Source: Spirogloea muscicola (lineage: Eukaryota). From it: a DNA stretch of 32,202 bases. The position numbers were made by a program, and so were the translations under genes. The notes beneath the pieces were generated by a model, which did no database searches, was not told the DNA's origin, and saw nothing but the letters and a program-made list of their open reading frames with translations. The stretch is from NCBI GenBank assembly GCA_009602725.1, contig WELB01000001.1, positions 62,001-94,202 of the forward strand, given 5' to 3'. Shown here piece after piece: positions 1 through 9,853 of the stretch. Position 1 is the first letter of the stretch, and every line of letters starts with the position of its first letter.

Positions 1-1604
1 GGGGCCAAGCCGTCGTCGAGCCGGTACGAGTCCCAGAAACGGCGCGACTGGAACACGTTTGGGCAGTACCTCAAGAACCACCGCCCGCCGATCGTCATGG
101 CGCGCTGCGCCGCGCAGCACGTCGTCGAATTCCTGCGCTACCTCGACCAATTCGGGAAGACCAAGGTCCACATCGAGGGCTGCCAGGTGAGCACCCACCT
201 GCTGCGTCGGCGCGCGGCTGAGCGGCCGTCTCCTCTCGTGGCCACAGCAACTCAGTAACCTGCATGCTGCATGTTGATAGTGAGCATGCAAGTATGGCCA
301 CATATTGCCACACTGTACGCACTGCTGCACTGTCAGATTTTCTGGAAGTATTGCTGGCCTTGAGCCGTGGAGGCACTGCTGACGCTGAGCGCCAGTTCAT
401 GTAGTAGGCAGTGTCGGAGCCTGACCTCAGGCATTGCTTTGTCGTTGCTCCGCAGTTCTTTGGGTGCACGGGCGAGAAGCCGTGCACGTGCCCAATGCGC
501 CAGGCGTGGGGCTCTCTGGACTCGCTCGTGGGACGCCTGCGAGCCGCGTATGAGGAGAATGGCGGCAAGTCGGAGCTCAACCCCTTTGGCGCCCGTCTGG
601 TGCGCTTGTACCTGCGGGAGATCCGGGAGGGCCAGGCCAAGGCGCGCGGAATCACGTACGAGAAGAAGAAGCGCAAGCGGTCGAGCAATGGCCACGCTGC
701 ACCCGTTGCAATATCAATGGCAGCAGCGGGGCAGGCCATGAGGGTGGCTGCGCCAGGACAGCAGCCAGGCGGCATGGCGGTGGTGAAAGCGGAGACAGGG
801 CTGGCCGTGCCCCCGCTGCGGCCCATGGAGGTGGGGATGCTGCCACACCTGAACCAGCCGCCGCCACGGCTGTCCTTCCAGGGCACGCAGCTGATGGGCA
901 GTGGCAACGGCGGTGATGGCAGCCTAGGCCTCTACTGCAGCGGTCTGGCCGGCCAGGACTCACTGCAAGACAGCCTGCAGCACTCGGGGGTGGCGTCAAG
1001 TGGAGGCGGCATGCAGGATGGTGGGGGCAGCGGAGACTTGTTCAGCTCCTGCTCGGGGAGCTTCGGCAGCAACGGCAGCGGCGGCGCCAGTGGCGGCAGC
1101 TACGGCAACAATCTGCACGAGCTGCAGCTTCGGCCGCAGGGTGGCGTCGTCGATGCACTCAGGGGTGAGGGGGTTAGCCTTGGCATCGGCCTGGACGACG
1201 GCGCATACAACGGCCATCACCACCACGGCCTCCACGGCGGCCACCTGAGCCTTGGCGGCTACGGAAGCGGCAGCAACAGAGGCTACGGGGTTGCCAACGA
1301 CCACATCAGCCTGGGCCTTGGCCACCTGGGTGGCGGCCCTGGCAGCGGGGTCGGCATGCCCAGCCTGGGCCTGGCCCCTCGCGGCGGCCTCGCCCAAGGC
1401 CTGGGCCTGGTCGGCGATGTCCTGGGCGTCGGCAGCACACCAGACCATCAGCACCACCAACAGCTCAGCATGATGTTGCAGCGGTCGCCGGAGGTACAGC
1501 TGCATGGTGGTGACAGTGGCAGTGGCCATGTTGGGAGCCTGCTGGCGGCCAGCGCTGACATGCACAACCCGGCAACCTTCCACGGCAGCTTCCACCTCCA
1601 CTGA
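1..1604 (+). CDS. ALOG-domain (LSH1/G1 family) transcription factor, 5'-truncated by the window edge; exons <1-186 and 456-1604
   Basis: Frame 1 reads [24 protein letters not shown]...[24 protein letters not shown] phase-0 GT..AG intron (187-455) follows, then [37 protein letters not shown]...[34 protein letters not shown]. These are the ALOG helices, the H-C-C-C zinc ribbon and the basic NLS. A Gly/Ser/His-rich tail runs to TGA at 1602-1604. Confidence 0.95.
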
Positions 1605-2302
1605 CCACCATCAGCACCTCCGCAAGTTGCCAGTGGTTGATATGACACTGGCGCTCTTTCCCCATGGGGCTGACGTGCAGCTACACATCCTCAACACACA
1701 CTTGAGTGCAAACCCCGACATAGGAGCAGCTGTGTCTCTACCACGACGTCCTGCCTCCTATATTGATTGTCAGGCACATGACATCATCAAAATGACTGAT
1801 TGCTGCTCTGTCATCTACACTGCTAGGTTTTGCCAAGCACATGGCATGCTATTTGTGCACTTTTTGTGCGCCTAGCCCCTGCCACACGTGCAAGCCACCA
1901 CCCCTCAACGCCCCTTAATTTACCCCCTTCCCTTAAGCCCATCCCTCCTCTGTACGCAGTAATTCTTTGTGCTGCATCCATGCCGGCATTGCCGTGCATG
2001 CAGCACCCCTTCTGTATTCGTGTACCAGTGCCCCTACCGACCCCCTCCCCTCAAGGTACCTTGCGTACCTTACTGAATAATAAGGCTTCAGCAGTGAAGT
2101 CTGACAGTGCCTTCATTTTGAGATGAGAGCACTGCCTTCTGCCCTCTCCACCCAGCTCTGTTTATTACAATGGAAACTATCATCAGTTCATCTTGCAGAA
2201 GGAAAGCAATTTTGATTCTGATCGTTTGGCAGCACACCGAGTCCAGATACTCAACATAAAAGAAGGCAATGCGGGAATGATTGGACAAAAAGTCTGAAGT
2301 AG

Positions 2303-4563
2303 TCACAGGGTGGCAACCTCCTCGGCTAAGGTGGCCTCCATATCTGACACCGACTGCCCTGGCCGCAATGGCGCCCAGCTCCTGAACAACGGGCCTCCTG
2401 ATGGCAGTGCTGGTTTCTCAATAGGTGTCCAGCTCTTCTCTGCAAGTGGCACACTCACTGACCAGAGTTCTGCGGCTGGCGGTGCCCTCGGCGGAGACCA
2501 GCTCTTCATGGCAGACGGTGCCCTCGGAGGCGACCAGCTCGCAGAGGCCGATACATCTGCATGCGGTAGAGCCTGTGAGCGGGCCTTGCAGGTGAAGGCT
2601 GCCCTTGGTCCAGCTCTTGGGGCTACAATGGCAGCTTGCCGAGCCTGCCCCAGCAGCTTCAGAGGAGCCACACTTGTGCCCACGCCATCGCAAGTAGCGG
2701 TCGAAGCAGCTGCTACCTCAACCTGCAGCTTCTCCATGCGCGTGCTGACCGCTGCCAGGCTGCGCTGGAGGCCCACGATTGCAGACAAGGCTGTGGCAGG
2801 CTCCAATCGCGGCGGCAGCGGCCGCACAAGTACCCTTGCTGCGCGCTCACCATCCACCTCGTCCTGCAAAGAGCTCAACATCCTCTTGGGTAATCGTCAA
2901 CCATTGCTGCTGCGACAGCGCTGCGCACGAGGCGGAGATTCTGAACCAACTTCTGTGGAGGTCCAAGACTGCTACTTGGCACAAAAGCTTAAAGGGCAGG
3001 GCAGGGGCATCACCATCACCTTGGCCTGCTCCAGCAGCTGGCGACCATCTTCTGTCTCAGCGAGGCTGGCCTCATCGTCAAACTCCTGTATCAGCGCTCT
3101 GCGATTGATGCAGTGTGAGCCGTCAGATCCAGTTCCACAGCGACCACCAGGACGGTAAAAGGCACGGCAACACGGAGCAGCATGATGGGCAGCCCACGCA
3201 CAGCAGCATCAAGGAGGTGCCTCCTTGACGAGCACGCAGGTAGTCCTTCATCATCCCCTGCCCCTTCTGAACGGCCTTGTCGAAACGCGGGCCCCACCGC
3301 TCGGCAGCTGGGCACACGTCAAAGACGCTGCATATGACCTGCCCTGCACACTCAAACACAATAACTGCCACTCAAGAGCGTGATCTATCTCCCAAAATTG
3401 GGACTATCAAGTCCTTTGCAGCTTGCATTTGCAGCAGGTTCTCGGGTTCCGCAAGGACTGAGCTTGGTCACCCATCTATCCAGCTGGCAACGATGCTGCA
3501 ATGAGAGCAACTGCGCTCACCCATGGTGCAGGCAAGAAAGCGGCACCAGTGAGAGTCGCTCTGCGAGTAGGAGTAACAGTAGAGCTTGTATCCCTCATAG
3601 AAATTGCGCCGGCTGGCCCGTCGGCCCAAGGAGATGACTGCAGCATGTAAGTAACACCGCAAAGCGTGTCTCTTCCCGAGCCCATGGGACCGTGACGCAG
3701 CTGCCTGCTGCCAGCAACTTTAGGCGCTGCCTTGGGCAGTGCTTGCAAGGAGGAGATCCTTGAGACCTGAAGGTTGCGTTGTCAAGAGCAGCCTCCATCT
3801 CGGTGGAGCATATGTACGCGTCGCGCACCACGCTATCCTTGCAGCCGTCAACACCATCCCGCTTCTCCATCACGTCCTGCCGTTGAGAAGCAGCAAAATA
3901 ACTGCTGACGGAGCTGCACTTGCCTCGGTGCTACGAGGCCTGCAATGGCTTGCCAGGCTGGCATGGAACCAGGGCCTCACTCCGCCGGCTGCTCACCGAT
4001 GCCTGTGTCGCAGAGGCGATGTCCACTGGGGCAGCCTCCGCTGCAGCAAACGTCAGCGTGGCCTGTTGCAGCTGCTGTTGCCTCCTCTCGCTGCGCCTGC
4101 CCTCAGCGCTCGCCGGGGGGCTCAATCTCGCCTTCTTCTTGCTTTCGGCCGGACCACCTGGCAAGAGGATCCTCGCAATTGAGTACCAAAACAGTGTCAA
4201 GCTGTGCCCCTGCCCTACTCTTATCATAGAAAAAGCGTGGCCAAATACGTGGCAACTCGCACGCAAATTGCTTGCTGCGAAATACTCACAGGCCTGCCGC
4301 TGCGGCCGCGAGCTTGACGCGCGCATCTGCCCCGTGCCCTCGTCCGCACCCGGACACAGCTGCGAGCCGCGGTCGGGCACGGCTTCGAACTTGAGCTTCG
4401 CCTGCCGGAGCTCCGCGGCTGCGTGCCCGTGGCGGGCCCTGCCGGGCACCGCGTCGGCCGTGGCGCCCGGGGCGGGCGTGACGGCATCTACTGACGGGCG
4501 CTCAGTGACAGTCGGAGACGTGCCGAGCCGACAAGGCTGCTCGACGGCGCCGCTCGCCGCCAT
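2303..4563 (-). CDS. Uncharacterised multi-exon protein with a coiled-coil-like segment and C-terminal SW[S/T]P repeats
   Basis: Phase-consistent exon chain: 4563-4290, 4157-3997, 3876-3747 (GC donor), 3637-3521, 3364-3202, 3098-3020, optional micro-exon 2952-2929, 2863-2303. I recognise no family motif. The start codon could lie further upstream in the N gap. Confidence 0.6.
2454..2541 (-). repeat. Coding tandem repeat, about 36-bp period (SWSPPRAP units)
   Basis: ggtgccctcggcggagaccagctc and ggtgccctcggaggcgaccagctc lie 36 bp apart. The protein reads SWSPPRAPSAMKSWSPPRAPPAAELWS, then KSWTP and RSWAP. Confidence 0.7.
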
Positions 4564-4637
4564 GCCACCGCCGGCCGCGCGCCTCCGCCCTCTGGAGGCG
4601 GCGAAGGCCGCGGCGCAGCCCCGCGCGTCGGAGAGCC

Positions 4638-4990
4638 NNNNNNNNNNNNNNNNNNNNNNNNNNNNNNNNNNNNNNNNNNNNNNNNNNNNNNNNNNNNNNN
4701 NNNNNNNNNNNNNNNNNNNNNNNNNNNNNNNNNNNNNNNNNNNNNNNNNNNNNNNNNNNNNNNNNNNNNNNNNNNNNNNNNNNNNNNNNNNNNNNNNNNN
4801 NNNNNNNNNNNNNNNNNNNNNNNNNNNNNNNNNNNNNNNNNNNNNNNNNNNNNNNNNNNNNNNNNNNNNNNNNNNNNNNNNNNNNNNNNNNNNNNNNNNN
4901 NNNNNNNNNNNNNNNNNNNNNNNNNNNNNNNNNNNNNNNNNNNNNNNNNNNNNNNNNNNNNNNNNNNNNNNNNNNNNNNNNNNNNNNNNN
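4638..4990. other. Assembly gap (N run) in the GC-rich divergent promoter region
   Basis: Run of N between the divergent starts of the orphan gene (-) and the SCPL gene (+). Confidence 0.99.
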
Positions 4991-5006
4991 GCGGCCGCGG
5001 CTGCCG

Positions 5007-8000
5007 ATGGCGCTGCTGCTGCTGCTGGTGCTGGCGGCGCTGCTCGCCGTGCCATTGCCGTGCACCGGCCTCGAGCCGCGCTCCGCGGGCTCCGCGGCCG
5101 AGCTCCGGAACGCCGCCGTCGCGCCTGCCGCCTCCTCACCCGCCCCCGGCGTCGCCAGCCGTCTCTCGAGCTCCGATCTGGTGGAAGAGCTGCCGGGCAT
5201 GCCGGCGGCACCCTTCCGCATGTACGCCGGCTACGTGACGGTCGGCCTGGACAGCGGCCGCGCGCTCTTCTACTGGCTCGTCGAGGCCGCCCGCCCCGAC
5301 GCTGCATCCGCGCCGCTCACACTCTGGCTCAACGGAGGTGCGTCGCCGGCTGTCCGTCTGCCCGTCTCCTCTGCCATTCGTACTCTGCTCAACGCTCAGA
5401 GCCAGCTTCTCATTTCCTTACTTAGTCCACAATGAGGCAGAGCTAGTGCAGCAGATAAATTGGAAGGCTCAATAAGGTTGCAGATTTCTCTAGAGCTTTT
5501 GAGCCGCCGTGCGCGGGCCTGACAAGCGCGGGCCCCGCCGCCGGGCAATCATGCAGGCCCTGGCTGCTCCTCGGTCGGCGGCGGGATGCTCAGCGAGCTC
5601 GGGCCCTTCTTCCCCAACACCGACGGACGGACCCTGCAGGTCAATCCGTACAGCTGGAATACTGGTATGTAGCTGGCTCTTTTGTGAGCGCTAGTCTCAT
5701 GTCGTTTGCAGCTTGCAGATGTGACCTTGCTCATGATGCTGCAAGGCAGCCTGCAGTGAGTTTGCTGGCTTTGACGCTGCACTTCGAGTGGCCTTCATTC
5801 CTGATGGTGATCACATCCATGGTATGCTTGACATCAGCAAGCGCTTTCGCCATTTCAGGGGTCAGAGTGCCTGATGATCACATTTCCGGCACGTCATGTG
5901 GCAGTGTCAAACATGCTATTCTTGGAGTCCCCAGCTGGTGTGGGCTTCTCTTACTCCAACTCATCAGATGACTATGTCACAGGCGACGAACAGACAGGTT
6001 ACTTGCAGGCTTCATTTTGTATGCTTTATTTCTATCAACACGATCAAGGTTTTCGGCTTGCCTGCATCTAATATCGGCATCTCGCATATCTTGGTAATGT
6101 CATGGTTGGACTAGCTGAGTCCTGCATGCATGCAGGATTGCAGTAGTATTGCAGTAGTACAGACGATCAATCACAGCACCACTGTTGACTTCTACCAGAT
6201 GATCCTCATACAAGCACCATATGCCCTTATTGCAGCCTCAGATGCCTACACATTCTTGCTTGGCTTCTTTGACAAGTATCCAGAATACGAAGCAAACGAC
6301 TTCTTCATTGCCGGTGAAAGCTATGGAGGTCTGTAACGGGATGAGCTCTGAGATGATTATTGTTCTTTGCGAAGATTCTGATGCCTGCCACCAGAGATTG
6401 CAGTGGTTAAGTTTTCGCCTGCAATGTACCTCGACTTGAAGGAGCTTAACTCAGGCCAACTCTGTCTCTTGGTTCAGGTCACTATGTGCCACAGCTCGCA
6501 GACAAGATCCTTACAGAGAATGAGAAAGATGGTGGTATGAGAGTCAACCTGCAGGGCTTTGCTGTGGGCAATGCGTGGACAGATGCCTTCATTGACAATC
6601 ATGGGGCTCTCTTTTACTGGTGGACGCATGCAATCATCTCGGATCGGACATTCCATGGTGTCAAGGACAATGTATGGTCTCACTGCTTTGCCATGTCTTT
6701 CAGCCCGTAGATGCTTTTGTCACAAGGTTCACATACTCCCTGTAGGATAGAGCTCCTGCCAGGAGCTGTGTGTTTGCCAGACAGTCCCAGCAGAACGTCA
6801 TACGTCGCTGCTAGTGCTCCAAATCAGTCATCTGAATGTTTGGGAGTTGATGAGAAGCAAATGCTGGAAAATCGAAGCAATATACCTGCATAATAAATCA
6901 GGGCAGGCGCAAGTGTCGCCTAGAGCTTCACAATATTCCTCAAGGCCTGCTGGAGTCAGGACTTACCAAGTTTGAATCAGCTTCTGTGCTGCTTGACATG
7001 ACAATGCAGTGCAACTTCTCAGAGATAGGGCCTTTGAGCAAGCACAATGACAAGTGCGACGAATTTGTGAGAACAGCTTTTCAGGAAATGGTATGACTAT
7101 CTCATCTGGAATGACCATGACATGACCAAATTAGCAAAGATACTCAGCATGACCATGAGAACTCTTCATGTAAGCGCAAAGTGCCATCACAAGTGCTGGA
7201 ACTTTAGCCAGGGTCTCCTGCACAAGGAGGTATCGGCAGCTGTTTGATGCCTGTGAAGTGACGAGGAGAAGTAGTTCGTGGTTGCGTGTGTGGGCAGGGC
7301 TTCATCAATATATATGACATTTACGTTGATATGTGCCTACCGTCCCACGCCAAACAGGAGGCAGAACAATTTGCAAAGCAGGTGCTTGCAGGCAATTGTG
7401 AGATTGTGAAACTACCAATCTTGTACCTCACAGATGTTTAGTGTTTTTGTTTTCCAAAGTGGGGCTTGTGCCGCTTTTTGCATGCTTTACAACACTGCTG
7501 CTTCAGCACTGGCTTCTCATGACTCAAGTACCCTGGCTAGTGCCAAAGTCTGTTATTTTGGAAAGCCCAAGGACAACGTGGATATTTCTAGTTTGCCCTT
7601 CTTGTTGAGTACTGTGTGCCCGTGCTGAGACAGATTGGCCAAATAGGAGCTGGAAGGCTTGCAGCGCGCCCTTCTTCAGTCCCATATGATCCTTGTCTGG
7701 ACAATGAGGTAGCATCATACAATTGCTTTTGTTTGCCTTTTGCACTGACCATTACCTGCAAATGTCAGTGTTGTGTCTGACATCTCAACACGCAAATGAC
7801 GTAACAGTACGCATTACATTCATTGCCATAATTTCAGGAACCAAGGTCTAGTACCTGTGACTGTTGATCACCTGCTTGCGAAGCATGCTCAAATACTTTA
7901 AGAATATATGCAGGCACTGATTGCCTCAATGATGGGCCTATGCTCAGGTTGAGGAGTATTTGAATCGGAGAGATGTTCAGGAAGCACTGCATGTCCAAGG

Positions 8001-9027
8001 CAGCCCACGTAAGTGGGCTGACTGCACGTAAGTCACTTTTCTCAATCTTGGGGTGCTTACCCCATCTAGACAACTGTAAGATTAAATCATGTATTAATCG
8101 TAAGCCAGCAGCAGTATTGATGTGCTGAGCTTGCCTGCTCAAGAGGCACTTGTCCACCTCCTCTGAAGCACAACATTGATTTGCTGTCGTTGTAGTGCAA
8201 GAAAACTGATGTTGGAGGGTCTGAACAAGGTCCAGCATTACTCCCTACAACTGATCAGCTGTCTGCGTACTGTAGGGATGAAATAGAGTACTCCAGGAGG
8301 GACCTGCTGTCAAGTGTACTGCCCCTCTATCCCCGCCTCCTGGAGTCCAAACTGAGGATTCTAGTCTACAGGTGTGCGCCAAGGCCAGCTGGTTCTCCGA
8401 TTTGCGAGCAGCTGTGCACAATGGCCTTTTTTCAGACTACCTGGGCTTGCGTCACAAGCAACAGCATCACAGCTGCGTGATACATGTCTGTCCCACCCGC
8501 CAGATCTAGCAAGGGGGGCCACTGCATTGGCAGGTCACTGCTTGAGTTCTAACAAGTGGGTCTCTGTCAATGGCTGCAGTGGTGATGTTGATGGAATTGT
8601 GCCTGTGACTGGGACTCGGACGTGGATAAGAATGCTGGACCTCCAAGAGAAGAGGAGCTGGAGGCCCTGGTACGAGCAATCCCAGGTACATATCTTCGCC
8701 TGGTATTGTGACTGTCTTGATGTCCATGCTGAAGTATCTTGGCATCAGCCACGCAGCACATCATACAGAAGTTGGTAAGTTAAGAGTTGCCTGTAGTAGC
8801 CGGTGGAACAGTGACTTGTCATTGTCTTGCTTGACCGCGGTCTGCTTTGCACACCTTAATCACGCTTCGTACCTCATTTGCATGTACTGCAGGTTGGGGG
8901 ATATGTAGTAGAGTATGAGGGCCTCACCTTTGCAACCGTGCGGCACAGCGGCCATTTTGTGCCCTACACGCAGCCAGCCAGAGCGCTACACCTCTTCAAG
9001 GCCTTCGTCAACGACATCTCACTTTAG
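5007..9027 (+). CDS. Serine carboxypeptidase-like protein (peptidase S10, clade II-like), secreted, 12 exons
   Basis: Exons 5007-5337, 5557-5664, 5905-5997, 6236-6328, 6478-6671, 7010-7090, 7298-7381, 7634-7708, 7948-8027, 8276-8371, 8580-8685, 8893-9027; all GT-AG and phase-consistent. Signal peptide [15 protein letters not shown]. Motifs [29 protein letters not shown], catalytic GESYGG (Ser), [10 protein letters not shown] (Asp) and [13 protein letters not shown] (His). Confidence 0.96.
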
Positions 9028-9853
9028 CTGACTCGTAGCAACCCACCTTCCTAGAATAGTTGCTCGACTTAGGGACAACTGACCCACTTCCTGATGCCAC
9101 CTCGTCTTGCTTGCAGTCTGCAGGCCTAGATTCACAGCTATAATGTGCCATATGGCACTGGAATGCCGGCTGAATACTGCCCTGTTCGTGCAGTGTACAG
9201 TCTGTGATCACTTTTAAGCTCTTGCTATTATTGGGTGGGGGTTAGCCTATGTCTGACGAGGCAAGTTGCAACTCGTCTGCAGATTTTTAGTTACTGATCA
9301 AACTGACGCTTGCCATAAAATGGACGAAGCGGGGGACTCCGTTGCATGACAGTATTACTCGTGCTATGAGGCGAGAGGAGTGCTGTGATGACATCTCAGT
9401 AGCAATCTTTTCGTTTGCCAGATCTCCTGTAAGTGCTAGCAACTACTAGTTCCTTAGCACAGAGTGCAGTGACAAGGAACTTCAGGCAAATGGTCCTTGC
9501 CTGTGGCTCGCCTGCTTGCAGGTGGCTGCTCCTGCGAATCTGCCTTGCTAGTAGGACAGTTGGCCGGCAAGTTCGTGTCTTCGTACAGACGCACGACTAC
9601 CTACATGTCTTCTGAAACAATGGTCTGACAATCTAATCTGTACACTGCAGCCAACAAGAGGCTGCATGCGCGTTGCGGAAGAGCGAGCCACAAGGATGCC
9701 CAGCTACTGATATTGACCAGGAAGACATTGCCGTGCTTCCTTGTGTCGCTGCTTCAAGCAAACATCAACTATTTGAGCGACGCACAAGCTCCGCAGTTGA
9801 TCTGCAGGATTGTATATTGTACGCATCTTCAAGAGCCATTTCCCAGGTAGCCT

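Noticed and set aside
1..690. ALOG ORF as part of an active DIRS/tyrosine-recombinase element
   Set aside because: No recombinase catalytic domain follows the ALOG domain. It has an intron, an NLS and a low-complexity tail typical of a host gene.
95..1601. Antisense ORFs of 270 aa (95-907) and 201 aa (996-1601)
   Set aside because: They are shadows of the GC-rich ALOG exons and show no motifs.
2310..3158. 282-aa plus-strand ORF
   Set aside because: It is antisense to the phase-consistent minus-strand exon chain and has no domain signal.
3920..5425. 501-aa and 458-aa ORFs spanning the gap
   Set aside because: Artefacts of translating through N bases, joining two different genes.
6137..6158. 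11-bp tandem duplication attgcagtagt in an SCPL intron, and atgacc repeats near 7110-7160
   Set aside because: Ordinary slippage repeats with no evidence of function.
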